Source: Candidatus Binatia bacterium (GTDB lineage Bacteria > Desulfobacterota > Binatia > UBA9968 > CAXXLF01). Taken from it: a stretch of DNA of 64,000 nucleotides. The translations under genes and the position numbers were made by a program. The notes beneath the pieces were generated by a model. That model made no database searches. It was not told the DNA's origin and was given only the letters and a program-made list of their open reading frames with translations. Each line of letters starts with the position of its first letter. The stretch's first letter is position 1. This document shows positions 28,533-37,412 of the stretch, in pieces. The stretch covers positions 1,984,001 to 2,048,000 of the forward strand of contig CAXXLF010000002.1 in assembly GCA_963664015.2 (NCBI GenBank), written 5' to 3'.

Positions 28533-29654
28533 ATGCGCTGGTATTTTCATATCGACATGGACGCCTTTTTTGTCTCCGTCGAGCGGGTGTTCAACCCTGA
28601 ATTGAATGACAAACCGGTGATGGTGGGCGGTGCCAGTGGACGTGGCGTGGTGACCTCCGCATCTTACGAAGCGAGAAAATACGGAGTCCACTCGGCGATG
28701 CCTGGTTACCAGGCTCGGCGGCTCTGTCCTCAGGGTATCTTCTTGCCCGGCAGGCGACGGGTCTATAGTAATTATTCCAAAAAGGTCTTTGCGATTCTGA
28801 ATGAGTATTCACCTTCCGTTCAAGCACTTTCCATTGATGAAGGGAGGGTGGAGCTTACCGGTACGGAAAGGCTTTTCGGCCCCCCGTTGAAGACGGCTCA
28901 TGGATTGATTGCCCGACTAAAATTGGAGTTGGGTCTCCCTAGTTCAGGCGGCCTCTCGACCAGCAAAACCCTGGCCAAGATCGCGGCTACCTATGCCAAA
29001 CCCCACGGACTGATCTATGTCTCTCCCGGTCAGGAGAGGGTTTTTCTCGGGCCTCTTTCTGTACGCGCCATTCCTGGAGTCGGCCCCAAGACCTACAAAG
29101 TCCTGCTGGATCGGGGTATCGAGACCATCGGCGACCTTTTGAAAGACCAAGAGCTTGAAGACCGGTTCCTCGACCTCGATGGAGCCAAGAGGGCAGAGCA
29201 TTCCCATGATCATTCCATTGGAAGCGAAACGACGCTGGATCAACCGTTGCGTGACCGGGAGAAGATGGAAGAGGTGCTGTGGAAATTGGTGGAGGAGGTT
29301 GGTGCCAGATTGCGCCGGCAGGAAAGCTACGCCCGCTGTATCACGGTCAAGATCCGCTACGCCAACTTCGCTACCCTGACCCGCTCCCGGACCGTCACGC
29401 CCCCAACACGTTTCGACCGAGAGATCTATGCCGTGGCCCGTGACCTTCTTGGAAAGAACCTTGCCCACGGAAGACCCGTGCGCCTCTTGGGCGTCAGCAT
29501 GAGCGGCTTGCAGAAATCCGGGTGGCAGGAATCCATGTTCGACTATGAAAAACGCAACTCTTTAGACAACCTCTACCATGGCATTGACCAACTGCGGCGA
29601 AAGTACGGAGATGAAGTGGTCGGATCTGCTAAAACCCGCGACACGGATCGTTGA
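28533..29654 (+). CDS. dinB: DNA polymerase IV (Y family)
   Basis: HIDMDAFFVSVE, SYEARKYGV, SIDE, KPHG, IPGVGPKT, VRLLGV. Confidence 0.95.
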   Translation: MRWYFHIDMDAFFVSVERVFNPELNDKPVMVGGASGRGVVTSASYEARKYGVHSAMPGYQARRLCPQGIFLPGRRRVYSNYSKKVFAILNEYSPSVQALSIDEGRVELTGTERLFGPPLKTAHGLIARLKLELGLPSSGGLSTSKTLAKIAATYAKPHGLIYVSPGQERVFLGPLSVRAIPGVGPKTYKVLLDRGIETIGDLLKDQELEDRFLDLDGAKRAEHSHDHSIGSETTLDQPLRDREKMEEVLWKLVEEVGARLRRQESYARCITVKIRYANFATLTRSRTVTPPTRFDREIYAVARDLLGKNLAHGRPVRLLGVSMSGLQKSGWQESMFDYEKRNSLDNLYHGIDQLRRKYGDEVVGSAKTRDTDR

Positions 29655-29729
29655 GGTTTAACCGAAAACATGCCAAAGATATTTAAAATTTCGGGCTGAT
29701 GACATTTTTTGTCAGGATGCTTAACCTAT

Positions 29730-29958
29730 CTCGCCTCGTGGAATAACACGGTGAATGAAAAGATAACGCGTCTGTGGAAGGGATATTCCACGGGGTGAGC
29801 CACAAATACGCAAAGGACGCCAAGGGCGGAGAAAAACAAAATTCTTTTCTTTGCGGGCTTGGTTCACCCAGAAGCTGATCCGTCCTCTGGCGGAGTCTTA
29901 GCGCGAAATCCTCCTGCGCTACGGCTTCGGAGGATCTCCCGAAGCCTTGGCGAATGGC
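29730..29958. repeat. Nested short palindromic elements (TIR element, 30-bp palindrome, 9-mer arms)
   Basis: CTCGCCTCGTGGAATA...TATTCCACGGGGTGAG (29730-29799); CGCAAAGGACGCCAAG / CTTTGCGGGCTTGG..GTCTTAGCGCG arms; CACCCAGAAGCTGATCCGTCCTCTGGCGGA insert; GGCTTCGG..CCGAAGCC hairpin. Confidence 0.7.
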
Positions 29959-30015
29959 GAAACTTTCTTGACGTCGTTCTGTCGAACATTTGACAGGGAA
30001 GAAGCTAACTTAACC

Positions 30016-31050
30016 ATGCCAAATTCCAACACGACCTTTCTCGCGACCTGCCGTCGTAAAAAAACGCCTTACACACCTGTTTGGGTAATGCGGCAAGCCG
30101 GTCGCTATATGAAGGAGTATCGAGAGCTACGGGCAAGGGTCGCTTTTCTCGACCTTTGCAAAACCCCCGAACTGGCTGCCGAGGTCACCTTGATGCCGGT
30201 CAATCGATTGGGTGTCGACGCAGCCATTCTTTTTAGTGATATTCTTTTGTTACTGGAACCCATGGGTGTAGGCCTGGAATACGCCAAGAACGATGGGCCC
30301 CTGATCCACCGTCCCATCCGTACGCCAAAGGATGTGGAGAATTTGATTGAAGTCGATTCGTTGCAGTCCCTCCCCTTTGTGTTCGAATCGATCCGCAAGG
30401 TGGTTGCCGCCCTCGACGGACGGGTCCCGTTGGTCGGATTTGCCGGTGCACCTTTTACCCTGGCGGCCTATCTCATTGAGGGAGGGGCGTCACGTGACTA
30501 CCTTCGCACCAAACGGTTTCTTTTCGCCGATGCTGAGGCGTGGCATGCGCTGATGGATCACTTGTGTCGAGCATTGGTTCAGTATCTCAACGAACAGATT
30601 GCAGCGGGGGTTGGTGCGGTACAGCTCTTCGACAGCTGGGTGGGTTGTATGGCTCCGGAAGAATACCGCAGGTACGTTCTTCCCCACATGAAGAAACTGA
30701 TCGCTGCCTTGACCCCTGGAGTCCCCGTAATTCATTTCGGAACCGGGACCTGCGGGCTACTGGAGATTATGCGTGAAGCCGGGGGGGATGTACTGGGTCT
30801 TGATTGGCGCGTAAATCTGGATGAGGCGTGGGGGCGCATTGGATACGATGTCGGAGTCCAGGGAAACCTGGATCCGGCCCTACTCTTTTCTTCACCCACG
30901 GAGATTCGCAGCCGTGTAGGAGAGATCCTGAAACGTGCCGGTGGAAGGCCAGGGCATATCTTTAACCTGGGTCACGGCGTTCATCCTGAAACCCCGGTAG
31001 AGCATGTGATTGCCATGGTGGAGGCCGTACATGAGCTCAGCTTGCGTTGA
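30016..31050 (+). CDS. hemE: Uroporphyrinogen decarboxylase
   Basis: PVWVMRQAGRYM, DAAILFSDIL, GFAGAPFTL, QGNLDP, FNLGHG. Confidence 0.97.
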   Translation: MPNSNTTFLATCRRKKTPYTPVWVMRQAGRYMKEYRELRARVAFLDLCKTPELAAEVTLMPVNRLGVDAAILFSDILLLLEPMGVGLEYAKNDGPLIHRPIRTPKDVENLIEVDSLQSLPFVFESIRKVVAALDGRVPLVGFAGAPFTLAAYLIEGGASRDYLRTKRFLFADAEAWHALMDHLCRALVQYLNEQIAAGVGAVQLFDSWVGCMAPEEYRRYVLPHMKKLIAALTPGVPVIHFGTGTCGLLEIMREAGGDVLGLDWRVNLDEAWGRIGYDVGVQGNLDPALLFSSPTEIRSRVGEILKRAGGRPGHIFNLGHGVHPETPVEHVIAMVEAVHELSLR

Positions 31051-31089
31051 CGATACGTCCTCAGCGCACAGCTTTTCCAATAAACTTCA

Positions 31090-32505
31090 ATGAGCTATCG
31101 GGCGATAGTCGTAGGTGGCGGTATTTCTGGTCTGGCGGCTGCCCACCGCCTGTTGGAACTTGCCCACCAAACGTCACGTTCCATAGAGGTCACGCTGCTT
31201 GAGGCTGGTCCGCGGCTCGGCGGGGCTATCGGTTCCGAGCGAAAAGACGGATTTCTGATAGAAGGCGGCCCCGATTCTCTGATTTCCGAAAAACCTTGGG
31301 GGATTCGACTCTGCGAGCGCCTGGGCCTTTCATCCGCGCTGCGCTCCGTACAGCCGATACGTCAGAGCCTCTATGTCGTTTACGAGGGATCGCTGGTCCC
31401 TCTGCCTCAGGGGTTTATTCTCATGGCCCTGACCCAACTCTCTCCATTGATACGCACAAAGCTTTTTTCCTGGCCGGGTAAATTCCGAATGGCCATGGAC
31501 CTCGTCTTACCGAAAGGTAAGGGGGGTGGTGACGAGAGCTTGGCCTCCTTTGTCCGCCGCCGGTTGGGTCAGGAAGTGCTCGAGCGAGTGGCTCAGCCCC
31601 TGATCGGCGGGGTGTACGGGGCCGACCCTGAGGAGTTGAGCCTGCTTGCCACTATGCCCCGCTTTCTGGAAATGGAGCGGATGCGGCGTAGTGTCATATG
31701 GGCGACCCGAGTCGAACAAAAGAAGCGAGTCCGGCTCCAAGGGGCGACCAGTGGTGCGCGCTGGAGTCTCTTTGTCACCTTGGCCGGTGGGATGCAGCAG
31801 CTCGTGGATGCCTTGGCGGCCAAACTTCCCGAGGGGAGCGTCCGGTTGGAAACTCAAGTTGTTGGTTTAACACGCTGCGAGGCTGATAGCACCTGGCACC
31901 TGACGACCGATCGAGGTGACGAATTCAGCGCAGACGGCGTGATCCTTGCCCTACCGGCGTATGGCGCAGCTCAGATCCTTTCACCGGTGGCGACCGAACT
32001 CACCTGGGAGCTTCAGGCGATCCCTTACACATCCACGGCAACGGTGAGTTTGGCCTATCGGTGCTCGGACATCCCCAAGGCCCTGGACGCTTTTGGCTTT
32101 ATCGTTCCGGCTCGGGAGCGGCGTAAGATCATCGCCTGCACCTTTAGCAGTATTAAGTATCCAGGTCGCGCGCCGGAAGGATATGAGTTGTTGCGAGCCT
32201 TTGTCGGTGGTGCACTCGCGCCTTCTCTCTTTGAACAGGATGACCATGCCATGGAGCATTGTGTGCGGGAGGAGTTGGCCTCGCTTCTCGGGATCGAAGC
32301 CGCCCCGGTTCTATGTAGGGTCTATCGTCACCCGCGCTCTATGCCTCAGTATCATATCGGACATCTCGATCGTGTTCAAAGAATCAAGGGGCACTTAACC
32401 CCGCTAAGGGGTCTTCGGCTGGCAGGCAATGCCTATGGAGGTGTCGGGATCGCCGATTGTGTCCGTAGCGGTGAAGAGGCGGCGGAAGTGCTGCTTGCGT
32501 CCTGA
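31090..32505 (+). CDS. hemY: Protoporphyrinogen/coproporphyrinogen oxidase (HemY type)
   Basis: VGGGISGL, EGGPDS, DESLASFVRRRLG, MPQY..GH, GVGIADC. Confidence 0.93.
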   Translation: MSYRAIVVGGGISGLAAAHRLLELAHQTSRSIEVTLLEAGPRLGGAIGSERKDGFLIEGGPDSLISEKPWGIRLCERLGLSSALRSVQPIRQSLYVVYEGSLVPLPQGFILMALTQLSPLIRTKLFSWPGKFRMAMDLVLPKGKGGGDESLASFVRRRLGQEVLERVAQPLIGGVYGADPEELSLLATMPRFLEMERMRRSVIWATRVEQKKRVRLQGATSGARWSLFVTLAGGMQQLVDALAAKLPEGSVRLETQVVGLTRCEADSTWHLTTDRGDEFSADGVILALPAYGAAQILSPVATELTWELQAIPYTSTATVSLAYRCSDIPKALDAFGFIVPARERRKIIACTFSSIKYPGRAPEGYELLRAFVGGALAPSLFEQDDHAMEHCVREELASLLGIEAAPVLCRVYRHPRSMPQYHIGHLDRVQRIKGHLTPLRGLRLAGNAYGGVGIADCVRSGEEAAEVLLAS

Positions 32506-33002
32506 GGCCCGGGGCAAGGCGCATAGCGCATGGGGCAAAGCGTTAAGGGGAAAAAGAAGTCTCGCGCAAAGGCGCCCTTGGCGCCAAGTTCGGAGAAGAT
32601 ATGTTAGCCGCAGATTTACGCAGAGGCGTAATAGCAAAGGACATAGCGCAGAGCGTTAATATGGGACTACTGACTACAGGACTACGAACAGACAGAGATA
32701 GGGACAGATGACAGAGATCTCATCCTGAGGCTGATCATCCTTTGGCTGAAGAGGTCGGAGGTCAGCCAAGAAGAAAACAAAGCGCATAGCGAAATTAGCT
32801 ATCAGCGAATCAGTACTGAGTGAGGAGTGCTGAGTACTGAGTTTTTGGAAAGTGTTAAGTGGCGAGTCTATAGGGGGCGAGAAACCAGCTGTCAGTTTTC
32901 AGATCCGGGCTTTTCCCTGCATGCTGCAAACTGCTTGCTGTCTTTCTCCTGTCCTGAAGTCCGTAATCTCTTTGCGCCTCGTCTTCTGCTTGCGCCAGCC
33001 TG
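32506..33002. repeat. Composite intergenic array of degenerate 7-mer/9-mer tandem repeats with inserted palindrome
   Basis: GCATAGC, GACTACN, ACAGANN, GAGGTCR, TGAGTRC runs; TCTCGCGCAAAGGCGC..CGCCAAG; CATCCTGAGGCTGATCATCCTTTGGCTGA at 32721-32749. Confidence 0.7.
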
Positions 33003-33401
33003 CTAGTTACTTAAATGGGGTTCGTAAAGGACCTGAATAACGATCCCGTCGGGATCCGCACAATAGAAAGAAGCGCTGCCGTCTCGATGGTTCTTGAAGG
33101 GCTTGACGATGGTCACCCCCCGCGTGCGAAATCCCTGTTCCAGCTCCTTGACCCTTTCGATGCTGTCTATGATAAAACCCAGGTGATCCAGGGTCTGGGA
33201 TTCATGGGTTAACTCGGCCCCCGATGGTTGTTCATGTAGCGCCAGGTTATCCGATCCGGAAGAAAGATACACGCTCTGTTCGTCCGGTTCCCAGACCACA
33301 TGCATCCCGAACATCTCCTGGTAGAAGGCCTTGGAGCGTTTGAGGCCCTTGACCTTTAGCGCTAGATGATGCATCCCCTTTAATCCTTTAACTAGGCTCA
33401 T
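33003..33401 (-). CDS. VOC/glyoxalase family protein
   Basis: MHHLALKV, LDHLGF, HRDGSASFYCADPDG. Confidence 0.9.
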   Translation of the reverse strand: MSLVKGLKGMHHLALKVKGLKRSKAFYQEMFGMHVVWEPDEQSVYLSSGSDNLALHEQPSGAELTHESQTLDHLGFIIDSIERVKELEQGFRTRGVTIVKPFKNHRDGSASFYCADPDGIVIQVLYEPHLSN

Positions 33402-33454
33402 AGTGAGATCCTTATCGAAAAAATGTGTAACAAAACAACTTTAGGAAATTGTTT

Positions 33455-33590
33455 TGCGCCAAAGCCGAAAAATTTTTCATTATCTTCAAGCTTAGCGTCC
33501 TTTGCCCCTTTGCGCGGGATCTTTCTTATCCGATTTCTTTTTTCCGATTGGCTAACCCAAGTTTTGCCCGATATCTCAATTATCTTTTCT
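33455..33590. repeat. 9-mer arm repeat related to those at 29.8 and 32.56 kb
   Basis: CTTAGCGTCCTTTGCCCCTTTGCGCGGGA is near the reverse complement of TCTCGCGCAAAGGCGC / CGCAAAGGACGCCAAG. Confidence 0.6.
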
Positions 33591-33725
33591 GTTAATGTTA
33601 GAAAAGGGGATAAGGTACCCGTAAGCGGACCAGAGTGGGAATATTTTAAGGATACCACTGCCAAGGATAGGCGTCTAGGGTCTTTCAATGTTCGTCAGGG
33701 TTTTAGGCGGTGCAACCACTTTAAG

Positions 33726-34958
33726 TCATTGCCCTTTCGTGGTTTCCGTCACCCCTACGTCTATTTGAGTTGAAGGCACTTGTAGACCCGATCCAGGCGG
33801 CGCCAGAAGGCGGTACCACAATCGAGTTCCAGTAGCGATGAGAAGGAAGAAAGCACCCGTCGTTAATAGGCCGAAACGGAACCCTCCGAGTTCCACAAGC
33901 CACCCGACAGTGAGGGGGGTGACTATATAGGCAAAGTTCCACCCCAGTCCCATACTGGCCATGGCCGCCGAACGGTTGCTGGATGTACTCAGGTCTGTTG
34001 CTTGAACCTGGTACCAAACGTCCATCAATCCGCCGCCGATCCCCAAGCCCGCAATACAGAGCGCCAGTAAGACGAGTTGGCTTAGGGAACCCGTACCCAG
34101 TAGAAACAGTCCCAGGATCGTGAGTCCCACGGCATAGAACACGGCCTGGCGAGACGGTGTGATGAAAGAGGCAATGAGCAAGCCATTGATTATGGGACCC
34201 AATCCTCGCATCGAAAGAGTAACCCCGATCCATTCCTCACCATGGCCCAATTGGGCGAGGTAAACGGGGTAGATGGACAGGCAGAGGGCCGGGGTCAAAC
34301 CCGCAGCAAAGGACGCCGATATGACGAGCCACGTTCTGCGGTAACAGAGAAAGGTTCCAATGCCAACAAGGTTCTTCCATACGGAGCGCCCGCGCGGTTT
34401 TTCCTCTACAGGGGGCAAAAAGAATCCGAGGATACTAGCCCCGAGGGTCGTCACCGCCAGGACCTGGAAGGCGCCCGAGTAACCCAGGAGGGCCACCAGG
34501 GCCCCGCCGGTTGCCATCCCCGTCATACTCCCTGCCGCATTGCACGCGGAGAGCTGTCCCAGACTCTTTCCTGCGGTCGCCCCGGGTATTTGACTCGCCA
34601 TGGATTGGGCCGGGGTCCAGAAGAAACTCCGCGACATATTGGACACGGTCACGGCCACGAGCAAGGAGACCAACCCGTCGGCCTGAAGCAAAACGATCGC
34701 CGAGACGGTGTTGAGCAGATAACAGCTCTGGAGAATCCTTCGCTCGCCGAAGCGGTCGGACAGGGCACCTCCCATGAAGCGGACTCCTAGCGTGGCCAGC
34801 ACCGGGATGGCGACGACGGCTGCGATTCTGAGGATGGAAAACCCCAAGGAGAGTGCGTACAGGGGGATCATCACATGGGTCATCCCGATGGACACGTTCC
34901 AGAAGGCGGCGCTGCCGAAAAGAACCAGGCGGATAGAAGAAGGTTTTTCGAATTTCAT
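33726..34958 (-). CDS. MFS transporter
   Basis: About 12 TM helices, motif A GALSDRFGERR. Confidence 0.9.
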   Translation of the reverse strand: MKFEKPSSIRLVLFGSAAFWNVSIGMTHVMIPLYALSLGFSILRIAAVVAIPVLATLGVRFMGGALSDRFGERRILQSCYLLNTVSAIVLLQADGLVSLLVAVTVSNMSRSFFWTPAQSMASQIPGATAGKSLGQLSACNAAGSMTGMATGGALVALLGYSGAFQVLAVTTLGASILGFFLPPVEEKPRGRSVWKNLVGIGTFLCYRRTWLVISASFAAGLTPALCLSIYPVYLAQLGHGEEWIGVTLSMRGLGPIINGLLIASFITPSRQAVFYAVGLTILGLFLLGTGSLSQLVLLALCIAGLGIGGGLMDVWYQVQATDLSTSSNRSAAMASMGLGWNFAYIVTPLTVGWLVELGGFRFGLLTTGAFFLLIATGTRLWYRLLAPPGSGLQVPSTQIDVGVTETTKGQ

Positions 34959-35133
34959 ATTCCTTGGGCCGCAGCACTAGACATCCCGGTCAAGACTGCC
35001 TGGGCCCACATCCTAAATTATAATAGGTTAAAGATGTTGAGGTCGTGAGCGAATAGTTCCGGCAAACGGGAAAGAAAACCATGCGACGCTATCAATTATG
35101 GGCTCCGATAGCAAGACGCCCGTAGAGCTATCT

Positions 35134-36069
35134 TCAGACCCCTCCCAGTCGTTCGTAAAGGAGCCCGTAACGGATTCCCTGATCGCTAAGGGTGACCCGG
35201 GTCTGCTGAAAGTGGTCCATAATCCTATCGACGAGCACGGCCCCGGCCAGAATAACGTCGGCTCTCTTGGGTTCCAAGCCAGGAATCGCTTTACGTTCCT
35301 CGAGGGTCAGTCCCTTGTAGAGCTGGATCTGCCGTTGGACCTCGGCCCGCTCCAGATCATATCCGTGGATCTGTTCGGAGCGGTATTCGAGCAGCGCTTT
35401 TTTAACGGCTCCGAAGGTCGTGAAGGTCCCCGCAACGCCCACCATCGTGTCGAAAGCGGCCTCAGTGCACCAGTCCCGGAAGGTGCGGCCCAGTTCTTGA
35501 TCAATTGCTTTCACCAGTTGGTTGGTTTCGTTTTCTTGCGACGGATCGGTGTGGAGAAAGCGCTCTGTCAGTCTGACCGTACCCACGGGTAGGCTCACCC
35601 ACCGATAGAGTTCACCTTGCCTGCCCCAGATAAACTCAGTGCTTCCGCCACCAACGTCGACCACAAGTAGATCCCTTACCTGCAGGCTCAGCCCCATGCC
35701 AACGGCCTGATAGGAAAGTTGGGCTTCCTCTTGAGAAGTTAATACGCGAAGCTCCAGACCCAGCTCTTGCTGGACACGGTCGATAAAATCCCGCGCATTT
35801 TTCGCTTCCCGCAGGGCACTGGTGCCTGCGACTTTGATCTCTCTGACGCCAAGCTCCTTGCACCTTTCCGAATAGCCCCCAAGCACGTCCAGGGTCCGTT
35901 GCTGCGCCTGTGGTGTTAGGCGGCCTCTATGGCCCACGCTTTCTCCCAAACGGGTAATCTGGGCGTGGTCTTCCAGAACGCGATGAACTCGGTTGCCTAA
36001 AATTTCAGTAACGAGGAGGAGGACGGTGTTGGAGCCAACATCAATGGTGGCCAGGCGCCACGCATCCAT
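35134..36069 (-). CDS. ppx: Ppx/GppA exopolyphosphatase (short form)
   Basis: IDVGSNT, GTSALREA, DVGGGSTE, RADVILAGA, GIRYG. Confidence 0.92.
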   Translation of the reverse strand: MDAWRLATIDVGSNTVLLLVTEILGNRVHRVLEDHAQITRLGESVGHRGRLTPQAQQRTLDVLGGYSERCKELGVREIKVAGTSALREAKNARDFIDRVQQELGLELRVLTSQEEAQLSYQAVGMGLSLQVRDLLVVDVGGGSTEFIWGRQGELYRWVSLPVGTVRLTERFLHTDPSQENETNQLVKAIDQELGRTFRDWCTEAAFDTMVGVAGTFTTFGAVKKALLEYRSEQIHGYDLERAEVQRQIQLYKGLTLEERKAIPGLEPKRADVILAGAVLVDRIMDHFQQTRVTLSDQGIRYGLLYERLGGV

Positions 36070-36071
36070 CG

Positions 36072-37409
36072 CTACGCCAGCCCGGCCTGTCTGGGGGCTG
36101 GCACCCCCAAGACCGTGGACTTCCAGACTTCGAGATCCTTCAAGGCGCGCTCGGACATCAACTCCTTCTTAACCTTGCCCCGGGCAGGACTGGACAGTTG
36201 GGGGAGAATCCCGAAGTTGGAATTCATGGGTTGAAAGTTCTTACGGGAGTCATCGGAAACGTATCGCAGGAGAGAGCCCAAGGCCGTAGTGGCAGGGGGG
36301 ACGACCGGTGCCATTCCCAAAACTAACCTGGCGCCGTTCAACCCTGCGAGCAACCCTGTAGCGGCCGATTCAATGTAGCCCTCCACACCGGTGATTTGGC
36401 CGGCAAAAAAACAGTCGGACCGGTGCTTCCATTGAAGGGTGGGATGGAGATGGCGCGGTGAGTCGATGAAGGTATTTCGATGCAGGCTGCCGAGACGTAC
36501 GAACTCGGCCCCTCCAAGTCCTGGGATCCTGGAAAAAACCCGTTTCTGCTCCGGATAGGTCATTTTGGTCTGGAAACCGACCATGTTATAAAGCGTTTGT
36601 TCCCGATTCTCCTGCCTCAGTTGGATTACGGCAAAGGGTCGCTTCCCTGTACGCGGATCCATGAGCCCCGTGGGTTTCATGGGACCGAAGGCAAGGGAAT
36701 CGTGTCCTCTACGGGCAATCTCTTCAATGGGTTGGCATCCCTCGAAAACAATGAAGCGTTCAAAGCTTCGAGTGGGTATTTTGTCTGCGTTTAGGATGCA
36801 ATCCACCAGGTCGTAGTATTCTTCACGGTTGAGCGGTAAGTTCAGGTAGTCTCCCGTGCCGCTGTCGTAACGGGATGCCCTGAAGGCCACGTCCATATCG
36901 ATAGATTCGGCCGTTACGATGGGCGAAATCGCATCATAAAAATAAAGATGCTGGGATCCCAGGAGACTACTCAAGTGGGCCGAAAGGCTGGGTGAAGTAA
37001 GGGGTCCTGTCGCCAAGATGACAGGACCCGGTGGAACGGTTTCGACTTCCTCCCGAATGACCCGTACTTGCGGTAAGCGACTTAGCTCATCAGTGACGGC
37101 GGCGGCAAACTGGTCTCGGTCCACGGCCAAGGCGGAACCCGCCGGTACCCGATTCTCCTCGCCGATACGGATGATCAGTGAACCGAGACGGCGCATCTCC
37201 TCCTTCAAGAGTCCGGCGCCGGTGGTCAAGGAGAGGGAACGAAAAGAGTTGCTGCAGACGAGTTCGGCCAGAGAGTCGGAGGCATGGGCCTCGGTCTTTT
37301 TCTGGGGGCGCATCTCGTAGAGGTCCACGGACACGCCTCGTTGGGCCAGTTGCCAGGCCGCTTCTGAACCGGCTAAGCCCCCACCGATGATTTGCACCCG
37401 CGGTTCCAA
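36072..37409 (-). CDS. trmFO: Folate-dependent tRNA (uracil-5)-methyltransferase
   Basis: GGGLAGSEAA, ELVCSNS, YFYDAISP, FAGQITGVEGY, FQPMN.NFG. Confidence 0.96.
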   Translation of the reverse strand: MEPRVQIIGGGLAGSEAAWQLAQRGVSVDLYEMRPQKKTEAHASDSLAELVCSNSFRSLSLTTGAGLLKEEMRRLGSLIIRIGEENRVPAGSALAVDRDQFAAAVTDELSRLPQVRVIREEVETVPPGPVILATGPLTSPSLSAHLSSLLGSQHLYFYDAISPIVTAESIDMDVAFRASRYDSGTGDYLNLPLNREEYYDLVDCILNADKIPTRSFERFIVFEGCQPIEEIARRGHDSLAFGPMKPTGLMDPRTGKRPFAVIQLRQENREQTLYNMVGFQTKMTYPEQKRVFSRIPGLGGAEFVRLGSLHRNTFIDSPRHLHPTLQWKHRSDCFFAGQITGVEGYIESAATGLLAGLNGARLVLGMAPVVPPATTALGSLLRYVSDDSRKNFQPMNSNFGILPQLSSPARGKVKKELMSERALKDLEVWKSTVLGVPAPRQAGLA

Positions 37410-37412
37410 GGG

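Noticed and set aside
32506-33002. Possible CRISPR array
   Set aside because: No constant 25-40 bp repeat with unique spacers and no cas genes
33398-33773. ORFs of 96 and 116 aa between the VOC and MFS genes
   Set aside because: They read through repeat DNA (RKGAKDAK / LASFAPLR are translations of the 9-mer arm)
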